Shown: positions 35,962 to 46,809 of the stretch, one piece after another | Numbering within the stretch: the stretch's first letter is position 1 | Layout: the number at the start of each line of letters is the position of its first letter | Source of the DNA: Guillardia theta CCMP2712 | Lineage: Eukaryota > Protista > Cryptophyta | Length of the DNA stretch: 64,000 bases | Assembly (NCBI RefSeq): GCF_000315625.1 | Contig: NW_005434671.1 | Span: 1,041,170 to 1,105,169, forward strand | Direction: 5' to 3' | Program-made: the position numbers and the translations under genes | The notes under the pieces: model-generated | Database searches by the model: none | Told to the model about the DNA's origin: nothing | Seen by the model: only the letters and a program-made list of their open reading frames with translations

Positions 35962-38900
35962 ATGACATCTCATCCTTATAAACTGTTTGTTCAAGCATGC
36001 AATCAGGATGAAGAGGGATTGAATATGATATTCCTGTCAGAATATGATTTCAATGATGTGTTCTCGCTCCAAGATAGCGGTGAACTTTCCAGTCCCAGGT
36101 ATCCCGTGAGCATCAACAACAAGTACGTATACTATGCGAAAATGAGCAGAGACGTAGAGAAGGGATATGTTGCGATGGATTTCGCGCAGAGAAAAACTAT
36201 GAACCTTTCGTTTCAGGATCTAATACAGGTGTCCCCCTTTATGGATAGCCAAGGGAGTGCAAAGGTACTGGATCCGATCCTCTCTCTCGATGCAATCATG
36301 GACTACGGGAGTATCAGAAATGAAGATACTAGCTTCAACCTCAAAACATTGAACAGGACGTTGAGAGACTTGTTGTGCCACCAGGTTTTGCTTCCAAAGC
36401 AGGAGATCATATCCCATGTGCAGGGCCATCGACTGCATTTGAAGGTGTCAAAGTGTGAAACGCTGCTATGTGAGAGCAAGATTTCTTTATGCATGAGCAA
36501 ACATTCAAGGTTAGGAAGTCAATCTGCCTTGTCGCTTCTCCCGAGCACGATCATAAGATCGATTCTTGACATGGCATGGCGAGAAAAGGACACGTTTCCT
36601 GTTGTTACGAAGAACACGACGCTCTGCATTTATCCATCTATTCGTCATGAAGCCATACATGAGCAGTTCAGCCCAATCGTCAACAGAAGCAATTCTGGCA
36701 TAATCTTGGATGACCCGCATAAGCTGTATACTTCACAAAGTTCCAAGAGCTCAATTGAACGAGAAAAATCTTACATCATGTCAAGGAGTCCTGACACATT
36801 CTCAAAATATTTTTCATCAGGAGAACGAGGAACGCTCGCAGGTCTCAAAAGTTCTCGCTCAGAAATCTCAGAAACGAATTTGGTTGGTCACGATGCATAT
36901 GGTGTCATAGATATTGAGATTGTGAGGCGAGGAAAGGATCTGCTTCTGAGTGTAGTCAATGTTGATGCTGGGCTGACTCACCAGCAGTTAAAGGTAGGTG
37001 ACGTTGTCGAGTCGGTGAATGGAAAGAGCGTCATCAACTGGATACCAAGGGATGTCTATCCCTTGTTGTGGGGAGCCTGTGGAACGTTCGTCACCTTTGG
37101 CATTTTGCGAGCTGGTCGGCGAAACTTTGTCACTGTTGAACGCACTCCAGTCAAGTCCAGTTCTGCACTTGAAGATGTAGCATTTGCGAACAGAAAGAGT
37201 ACAAGCAATTTAGATAGAAGTGGTGACAGCTATTCACACAACTTTTCCTCTCCCAACGAAATATCAGCAGAAGATCAGCACAAGAGCAAACAGGTCTGCA
37301 AGATGTCACATGCGAGATCATTGAATAGTCAGTCGTAATTTCTTGGTCTAGATGAATAACATCCCAGCCGGGACACCAGAAGCAGTTTTCAAGGAAGAAC
37401 GCGAGAAAGAGTTCAGGAAGCAAGGTAGGACGTTCGTGTTATCCTGTACCAGAAAGTTTTCACGAGATATTTGAACAGATAGCTTTGATTCTTCGAATAA
37501 GACTGATCAGAATGGAGGCATATATACCGAAGCGATCTTGAGAGCCAAAATGACACAAGTCGAGGAGCTCAATGCAAAGCTAAGCATGGAAAAGGCCAAG
37601 AATGATGACCTTTTGAAGGTGATCTGCCTTCCCTGCTAAAAATTGAGTTTGAGAGCACATTCCTAGCGCTTAAAGGATGCTGAGAGGCAAATATCAGACA
37701 AGGACGAGGAGATCCGAAGGCTGAAACAGGTCTTGCCTAACTATCTCACATTGTTCGAAGTTGAACTTCCGTGCTCAAGATTTGCTCATCTGCAAACCAA
37801 TCGAAAGAAGAAGAAGAGTGCGAAACAATCATCAAGTTAGAAAATGTGAACCCAACACAGATCTGTTTCTACGTGTGATTTTGCTTCTGCAGATGGTTGA
37901 AACGCTTCTCAGCCTCGGGGAACAAGAAGCAGGGCTCTTGAATATCCAGCTGAAATCTGAAAACTCAGAGCTTAAGGACATTCTGCAAATTTTGAAGGGA
38001 ATAGAGTTGACGCAATACGGCTCGGGTACCTTTTGTTTTTGTGAGTTGAACAATCTAACGTACACTCAAGAAATGGCTAATTCGCTCGCGCAAAATGGCA
38101 AACCAAGGAAGACAGACGGGGATTTGCATGTGTCAAGTCAGAACAGGCACGAGAGCGAGTCTGGTCTGCTTTTCTCCCTGCATCAACGAGCATCTTCAAA
38201 AAAATGGGAGGATGAAAAGTCAGCATATCGACATGAATCAAATCATGAGCATCAATTTAGCAATGTATCCCAACACGCCAAAGTCGGAAGCTTAGAAGTC
38301 AGAAGGGAAAAGTCTCAGCTCTCAGATTCCATCTTCGCGGCGACTCAGTCGTTACGTTGTTCGTCACCAGAACTAGAGGAGTTGGCTGAAAGCTTGAGCA
38401 CCACTTCATCGTTCAAACCTCCTCGCAACCAGCACACGTGGGACGAAGTGATATCTACCATTGCAAAGTCACGATCGTATGACTCCAGCGCTGCATGGGC
38501 ATCATACATACACGAAGAAGCGAAGAAAAGGTCGTCATCGCGATTCAGTGACTTCTCGATGCGTTCTGCAGGTCGCACAGAATCCTCAAGAGTTCCATCT
38601 ACTCAGTATTCAGTAAGGACATTCGAGACGAGTTCACTTCCGGAAGCTGTCATCTCAGACGTGGAGAAACTTCTTAAAAGGGGAAAAGCTATCGGACAAA
38701 TCGTCAAGAATCACAAGCTACAGGCATACAACCTGAATGAGCTCCAGGTTGAGAACTATATCAGCTACCTGGCCTCTCTTCCCGGCCGCAAGCCACGATG
38801 GCTTGCCTACTATCGTACGAGAAAATCTTGCTCCCACGCCAACCGGCAAGATCTGGCAAGGATGGAAGACATGCAGAACTCAGACTGCAGCCCAAGCATA

Positions 38901-39083
38901 CATGACAGCGCGTTCGAATCAACATCGAGCCTGTCTGACTTCATGTCCGATGGAAGTTACGATCACAACCTGACCTCGGAGCACGCAGATGCTTGCAAAG
39001 AAATGATGTGTACAGAAGAACAAGACACGACCAACATCCTCATCAACCTGGACAGCAAAGACCCTCAGTACGTTCAAAACTAA
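35962..39083 (+). CDS. Protein with NSF/CDC48 N-terminal-like domain, HxRLG insert, PDZ domain, coiled coil and long low-complexity C-terminus
   Basis: N-terminus IFLSEYDF..INNKYVY..VEKGYVAMDFAQRKTMNLSFQDLIQVSPF..QVLLPKQEI resembles the NSF N-domain; PDZ LKVGDVVESVNGKSV..LLWGACGTFVTFGILR; short coiled-coil exons 37480-37730; joining to the 37.9-39.1 kb exons is inferred. Confidence 0.65.
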
Positions 39084-39373
39084 TTCTGTGGATAGAGCAC
39101 CCCACCATGAATACAACCTCACATTCCCGCATCCAAAGGAAAGTGATGCATGTGGTTTCGAGATGTATTACATTTCAAGGATCTACTAAACCATAATTCT
39201 ACATTTCATTGTCAAAGAAGTAATAATCTTCTACTGCACGAGCTTTAAACCTGCCTCCTTGAGATGATGTAGATGTAATCTACATCATTCAGAATCTAAG
39301 CCATCCTATACGAACTCTCCCACAATCAAACTTGATATCATCAAGTTTGCACGATTTGCACAGGTGAGCCTAA

Positions 39374-40479
39374 TCAGAAGTTGTACACCCTTGGCTCGAT
39401 CTTCTTCAATGTGTAAACCTGTTGACAGTCATTATCTCTTGGCGTCCACGGGTCCGAGCCACATGAGCAAATAAATTTACCTGATTGCAAGTTGGGCACA
39501 CAAAGGGCTCTTTTGAGGTGACAAGAAACCAGCTGAAGACATCATCAGAAAATCATGCCCAGATGTACCGTGATGCCTACCGGATTTCATTGTTGTTACG
39601 AGTATCACCGCTGGCACAGTCGCCAGGGCATCCAACAATGCGTTCGTCAAAAATAGACTCTATAACGACAGGATTCTCCTTGGTACCAAAAGGAGTAATC
39701 ATCTGTCACCAAGTCATGATGTTGAAAGATGCATGCAAATGCATAAATGCATGCATACGTGCTCGTCAAAAATCTTTTCTCCATTCATTTCTGCCAACAT
39801 TTCTGCTCTCTCGAGACCGGTGGCCTGATCCAGGTTGGTGGGGACTACATTGTCAAGGTTGTCCTGCTGCTTCCAAGTGGGTTCAGGGAGAGGAGCTCTG
39901 CCAGAAAAAGTCCTGACAGCGGATGCACCTGCGGGGAACCCATCAAATATGTGGAGACCAACAGAAAATTAGGTTGCACTGATCGTGGAAGTGGCGTTCG
40001 AGATGATACATGCGCGATCATGCATAGAAGGAGTAACGAATGACATGGATGCATTGAAAAATAGACAACGCATTATCAAGCCGCAATGTTTCCAACACGT
40101 ATCGAAATGAAATGGACACATGTACAACGGAGGAGGAAACTGGAACACGCTGATGCAGGCATCATATTTCCAAACAATTGGAATCAAGAAATCGAGATAT
40201 TTCAACTCAACATGACTCGTATTTCAAGAAGAAATCGTTCCACAGGCGAGCGATTCAAAGGAACAGACAGGGATACTGCAAACATCTCGCGGGTCGCAAG
40301 AGCATCCAACAACCCTAGAAAGGGAATCGTTGCAAACAAAGTGGGGCCAGGGATAGACGAACACAGAAGTGCATTAAACGATGAAGTGCATGCTGAATGG
40401 ACTCACCAGCTGAAACGGATGGTCTGAGGATGCTGCGAGCAGTGAGCGTGAGCGTGCGGGAGAGCGCGCGAGCCGCCAT
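39374..40479 (-). CDS. COX5B: Cytochrome c oxidase subunit 5b (yeast Cox4 family), mitochondrial; five exons, not visible in the ORF track
   Basis: Spliced product MAARALSRTLTLTARSILRPSVSA|GASAVRTFS..VPTNLDQATGLERAEMLAEMNGEKIFDEH|MITPFGTKENPVVIESIFDERIVGCPG..NEIR|WFLVTSKEPFVCPTCNQ|VYTLKKIEPRVYNF*: mitochondrial presequence, QATGLER motif, zinc-binding Cys. Confidence 0.93.
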
Positions 40480-40509
40480 GGAGGCGCGAGGAGAAGCCGC
40501 GAGTGGTTG

Positions 40510-42010
40510 GACCTAGGGGTAGGGTACTGTCACTCTCATGGGGTAGGGTACTACAGTGGGGTTACAGAGAGAAAGGAGGGGTACCTTACAAGAAGAGCGT
40601 CGAAGTGGGGTGTAGTGAATGCTGGGATTACATACTGGATAATGGGGGTGGGGTGGTTTTCGTTGGAGTTCAAGTGACAGTTCTATGTTTTCGTGGGTGG
40701 AGGTACAAGGCTCAAGCATGCTGAAGCACAGGGGGTGGGTAACATCCTGGACTAAGGGAAGGGTAGGGTACTTTAATGGAAGAACGGGGTATACCTCTCA
40801 GAATATGTGGGGTTGTCGCTAGAAGGAGGGGTCTATCGGGTGTTGTTGCCAATTTGATAAGGGGTGGTGAAATAGGAAGGGTGGGTGATGAAGAGTTGTG
40901 GTATTGTGAGAGTACGCACATCATAACTAAGGGGTAGGGTCCTTCAGAAGTTCTTTGTTTTTGCAAGGGGGTGGAGTAAACACCGTCACATTCTTATAAA
41001 AGTAGGGGGTCTCAAGGTAGGGGTGGTGTAGAGAGACAGATGGGTAGTGGGGAAGAAAACCAGGGTAGGGATCATTTCCAGAAAGTCCATCATTTGGAGG
41101 GTGATGAAGGTCATAATTTTTGTAAGTGGTATGAAGGAAATTTGCGATATGTGCTCCCCATTGGGAGATCCCGTTGGATCCAAGAGGAGGGGTAGCTAAG
41201 ATAAGAGTGAGAGGGGTTGGTGAAGGTCAAGAAAACGATTTTAGATATTTCCAGAAACAGAATCCATCGAAAGGCGAAAAGAATTTTCTTTGATTTGGAA
41301 TGAACTCCGAGTATTTGAAATGTTTTGCTGACGTGTAAAATTAAAATATATCTAAATTTGTACTGTCTGAACAAAGATCCACCCCTTTGTTGTACAGGTT
41401 AATGACATTTAAAGTTTTACAGACGAAAGCCAGTAATCCTTTGAATCATAAAATAATATTCGTTCAGTTTTAAATTGTTCTTTTTGATTACCCTACCCTG
41501 TCAGGGTTCCATCACCCCACCCTACATCTGAGACCTCCATATCTGCTGATTTCCCACACAGGTCATGCCACGACCCCACCCCTTAGTGCAAACTCTCAAA
41601 CAGACGTGGATGCGTTGCCTCACCTACCCCACCCTCCCTACTTTCCTTCACCCCACCCTCCGAGGTCCCTGGCCCCACCCCACCGCTGACACGTATCGAG
41701 CTTACAACCGTTTCGAGAATAACGAGCTTAACGTCTTGTAACGACCTGTTGCAGGGAAGAGACCTTTTACAGATTTTTTTTAAATAAACCAGGGAAGATG
41801 GCAGACCACTTCACGTGTCACCACCCTAGCAACCCACCCTAGCAAACCATACCATAAAAGTACCCCACCCCAGGACTTCTGGAAATCTTCCGCCCTGAAC
41901 CCACCCCCAAGACTCCGCGAATGGTGGGAAAAAAAGACTCTCATTACTACCTAGGGTAGTTTTAAAAGTGGGTCCAAGTACCCCCATCATACAGGGTGCT
42001 ACGGGGGGAT
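40510..42010. repeat. Foldback-like GGGTA/GGGTG-rich ... TACCC/CACCC-rich intergenic element with AT-rich core
   Basis: G-rich top strand 40510-41225, AT-rich 41230-41485, mostly C-rich top strand 41490-42000. Confidence 0.5.
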
Positions 42011-42281
42011 TGAACAGATAACCATCTCGAAAAAAAGAGAATTGTTGTCTTATTCGAGCGGCATACTTCATGGCGATGCGTATGTCGGCAGCACGGAGAG
42101 GGGGGCCATGTGGTGGAGGGCGTACGAGGAGTTGGCGAGGAGAGGGAGTAGAGAGAAGGAGAGATGATGTGTGCTCACAGGACACAGATCAGTCTTGACA
42201 ACTGGAACTCTGAATTGATTGTTTCACGACCAGGTTGGTTTGCACTGGGGCTCGATATCGAAAGGGACGGATCTTGTAGGA

Positions 42282-43908
42282 ATGGCAGCGCAGGGAGACA
42301 AGTCCTCTGCAGTGAGATCCTCTGTCATTTCCTTCAAGATGTCTTCATCTCCCTTGTATCCTCTTTCATGATTGCACTCCCCTCCGCAAATTGTGTTTGA
42401 GTCCACCCTTTCTCTAATCTTGCCCTCGTGGAAATATTTCCTACTAACACTGCGCTTGAAGCTTGAAGACGATAATGCGCAGACCGCTCCTATCAAGTTC
42501 AAAATCCTCGCAGGTGTTTGTGTTGTACTGAGTGGCTGGCGTTTACTCTTCTTATAGGTCAAAGCAACTATAAGCTTGCAGAAGAAGTCGCAGCATTCCT
42601 TGGAATGCCATTGATGCAAGCAACAGTTGGAAGGTTCTCCTTACTGCATCCTATCCGAGCCAAATTTGACTTGATATTCAGGTTTTCTGACGGAGAAGTT
42701 AGCGTACAACTTAAAGAGAGCGTGAGAAACGTCCATATATTCGTGATACAGGTCTTGCGATTGGTTGCTCATTGCTATCGTAACCGAGTGCATGCTACCA
42801 GTCAACTTGCCCTCCAGTGAACGAAAATCTTGTCGAGCTCTTCTTCATGATCCGCTGCTTACGTCGCGCTTCAGCAAAAACTGTGACGGTATGTTGGTAG
42901 CGCAAGAGCGCAGGCGTTTTCATGTTTCTCAAATGTCCCATAGGCGATCATCCCGTACTTCGGATACGCTCGTCAGGTCTGCCGAAAAAGATGCCGCCTA
43001 TTGTGCTTTTGACAATCGTGGTGATTGGTCAGGACCGCAAGACACAAGCTCGAGTGCCCATTTCTGCTTCCGATGTCGCCATGATGCTTGAATCTGCGGG
43101 TACAGACCGAGTTCTGGCAGTAGATTTGCATTGTGGGCAGATTCAGGTGTTTTGAACCATTTTCTTTCGATCTGTATCTCATGCACTTCACTCTCTCCAG
43201 GGATTTTTCCATCATACTCCAGTCGACAACCTCACTGCTCTCCGAGACATCGCTCCTTACTTAGTCCGAGAGGTCATCCCTAACTTCAAGGACGACCCGA
43301 TCTGTATCGTTTCACCTGATGCTGGGGGTGTTGCAAGAGCCAAGCTCTTCATGGAGGCAAGTCTTTCTGTCTGCAGTGATCAGGTGTAACAAGTGCTGCA
43401 GGTGCTCGGAAAGTTGGGAGTCTGCAACTTATCACTTGCCATCACGGTGAAGCATCGCTCTTCACCTGGTGTAGTCGAAGGGATGAACGTCGTTGGGGAG
43501 ATCGAGGGCAAAGTGAGTTTGCAGGAAAGAGAATGAACCTGGAAATCCCTGACAATGATGCAGCACTGTATCATCGTGGATGACATGATTGACACTGCGG
43601 GAACCCTGTGCAAAAGTGCAGATACTTTGGTGAGCATTTGAGACTTTCGTACAATGCTGTTTTTCCCTTGAATGTCTGGTTTCGCTCATCTTACACGCCA
43701 TGGTATCCAGATGGAAATGGGTGCGAAGAGTGTGTTGGTGATGATCTACTTCTGGTCTCCTCATCGTTGATTTGTCTCTTCAGGCTTGCGCTACGCACGG
43801 TTTGTTCAACGGAAGCGCGTTGGAACGGATCGAGAAGAGCGTTATGTCGCACGTGATTGTTGCCGACACAATTCCTGCCAAGAAGAACGCTCCCTCTAAG
43901 ATCAAGGT

Positions 43909-43948
<40 letters not shown>

Positions 43949-44328
43949 GGCCAAGAAAGTCGATTACGAGGAGGAGGGGGATAGGAAGACGAGGAAAAGG
44001 AGGAGGGGAGGAAGGAAGACGAGGAGGAGGAGGAGGGTGGGTGGGGAATGGGTGCAGGGGTAGGATAGGGGAGGATGATCCAAACAACAGACAACAAGCA
44101 GAATGCAATGAGATCGAACTTGTTCCTCTAACATGCCGCACAGATTGTCTCTTGCTCGGCCCTCCTGGCGGAGGCGATTGCGTGCATCCAATTTGGTCAG
44201 GTACAGATGATATCCCGGCTGTCTGTAGCAGGTGAATTGACAGGTGCGTGCAGAGTGTGTCGAGTCTCTTCGAGGTCAGAATGACGCCGGTTGCTCAAAG
44301 AATCTCCCTGGCAGACGTTCAGCCATGA
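42282..44328 (+). CDS. PRPS: Ribose-phosphate pyrophosphokinase (PRPP synthetase), multi-exon
   Basis: [22 protein letters not shown]|[13 protein letters not shown]|[33 protein letters not shown]; GC-AG intron 43357-43401; start inferred ([10 protein letters not shown]). Confidence 0.95.
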
Positions 44329-44496
44329 AGGCAGAGGCCTTGCTCCCTCCCACTCGTGTGCTCGAATTTCCCAATGGTACTTCAAAGGGATTTACATTAC
44401 AAGATGTTTCTGTGCACCTGATGCCTCTGAAGAAGGAGGACAGGCAGGCAGTTGCGGCCTGCTGACTCCTCGTTGGAACAAGACAAACATGAAAGA

Positions 44497-46303
44497 TCAT
44501 GCTCGCCACGCTTCTTGCAGATGTCTCAGCACAGGCATCTGCGTCTTCATCGCACTCCACCAGTCGTAGATTCCCTGCAGAAACGCAGGCATGCCGGTGA
44601 TGGGAGACACGTTCTTCTATCCGCCGCTCGTCAGTGCTCAGCGCAGCAAGTGCAGTATGGGATCACCTTGCTGATCAGAGGGCTGGCGTGCACCTGCCGG
44701 TACATGAGCCGCATGTTGAGAACATCCAGCTGCCATCTCAGCGGGCGATCGCCCGGCTCCCTTGCGTCATCGTCGCTGCCGTTGGTCGCTGGCAGAGGAG
44801 AAGAGATTCCTAGAGCATCGTGCCGTAGCAAGAGCTCTTCTTCAGCATCGAGGTAACATCCCACACCATGAAGCGCCGAGCACGTGTTGAGCACCCAGTC
44901 CCTTTCCTGTCTCAACCTGGTCAGGACTCCTCATCCTCCACTCCAGTCAAACAACCCTCATCTTGGGTTTCACTTGAGGATTGTGGGCGTCAGCGTTCAA
45001 GACAATGAGCGACCAAGTCAGGATATAGACGGCATCATGAGAAACCTGAGAAACTTCAGGGAGATTTCTCGTGTCGTCTCGTCCCGTCCAACCTCCACCC
45101 TTCCCCTCTTCACACACCTCTCCCTCCCTTCCCTCTCCTCCTCTCCTCATCTTACCCAGGGTCCTCCTCTCCCCCCCTCGCTCACTTCACCCTTGGTCGG
45201 CTCGTCCAGTTCTCCTCGTGACCCTCCGTTCTGTGTCGCAAACTCTCCAGAGAAGTCCCACAGCATCATGCAGATCTTTGAGGCCCCCGTCGGCATTCTT
45301 GTCTTCAGCTCATGTCACGCGGGAAGCGAGCAGGCAACTCTTCACCTTCGCAAGGAAGACCCTCAGGGCATCCACGAGGCCTAGCCCGCGCATGTCGAAG
45401 TTGGACATGTAACACCTTGAGGAGGAAGACGAGTCATGACATGCTGTGTAGCCGATGTTTGCAAGGTTATGCAGTACCGTCTTACATGCAGAGCTAAGCT
45501 TCCGAACTCAGAGTCTTTCTTCGATTTGGTGATATACTAGACAGCAGTTCTTTCAGCTTTGCATAGCAGGCAGTGTTGACATCTCACCATCGAGATGATT
45601 TCTTTTGTCTTGTCAAGATGCTCGGCACCAACACTCTGCCGGATCCGCCAGAAGAAGAAGTTGACGATCACCTATCACATGATGTCAACCAACTTCACGA
45701 CATCATCCGAACACCTTGGCTTTGTCTTCCTCCCTCCGATTTTCCCTCACAATGTCTGCAATCCACTCGTTGTAATTGTGATTGAAATCGAACTTCGCTA
45801 TCCTGATCCAGATGCAAACACTTGTTACCATGCCATGAGAACGTCAGAAACATTCAAACAACCTCTCAAGTACGCCGAACGCTGTGCGTATGCTGGGGTT
45901 GTTGTTCCACTCGAGGCATCCTTGCTGGAACGCATCCTCCCCCTCGATCCTAGAGAATCTGACGAGCCATGTCGGGCATGAGATCCTCTCTCCACTCGAG
46001 AGATGAACGTCGTGCTGGTATTGAACGCTGTTCTCTAAGTTTGTACAAACATCATTCAACAACCCTTGTCCCCAAATCCGCGCGAAGATTTCTTTCCAAA
46101 GGGCATCGTTGCAAGCAGCATTCTGAATGTTCTTGTTTTTTCTGCATTGAGTCGTCAATTTGACAGGAGAGGTTGTCTGAGAACAAGCGTTACATCATGC
46201 ACATCAAGTTGCTGGCGAAAGGGTCCTGGATCCTAATGAAGATTGACGACAAGATGTCCGGGGGGAGATCTTGAATCTTCGAGGCGGCAGCTTGATGCTC
46301 CAT
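44497..46303 (-). CDS. F-box + Sec7 domain protein (FBXO8-like architecture)
   Basis: F-box IQDLPPDILSSIFIRI..CNDALWKEIF; Sec7 FDMRGLGLVDALRVFLAK|TRMPTGASKI..F, DAVYILTWSLIVLNADAHNPQVKPKM, MYRQVHASPL. Confidence 0.85.
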
Positions 46304-46809
46304 CGACACCTGTCATGATCTCTTGTGTGAGTCTGAATGCTCGCTTGCTCATCATGTTGGCATTCATTTCTTGTACTTGGCGGTGAGACTTTCTCAATCA
46401 AATTCCACTGAATTCTTCACCTGCCCCCTTCCCTCTGACTATCCTCTTGTGTCTCCAGCACTGTTCACTGACGAGTCTCCTATCTTTCAATCTCCGTCCT
46501 CTCGGTCTCCTTCCTCCTCCCCTCCCTCTCTTCCTCTTCCCCCACCCCCCCTCCTTCGCGATGTTGCCGTGCGATGCCATAGCACAAACTCTCTTCTGCC
46601 CCAGCAAAACTACTCTACCTTTTGATCAAGGAGTTTTTGCTGTCCTAGGTATCTTGTAAACATTTCCACTAGGCGGACTGGCGAACTAATCTCCAAAGAA
46701 AAATACCACGAAAATGATCGGTGGGTCTGTACAGCTTCAAATCTGGAAGAATAGAGAGGCGGAAGCCGAAAAGACTTTGAAGTACGAGAGATTTTATTGT
46801 TTGTTGCGA

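Noticed and set aside
39930-40406. Unusually long first intron of COX5B as a possible snoRNA host
   Set aside because: No convincing C/D or H/ACA box pair seen by eye
43910-43984. ORF 43772-43984 ending in RLRGGGG after RG repeats
   Set aside because: Read-through into a GACGAG-repeat intron of PRPS; not a second ubiquitin-tail motif
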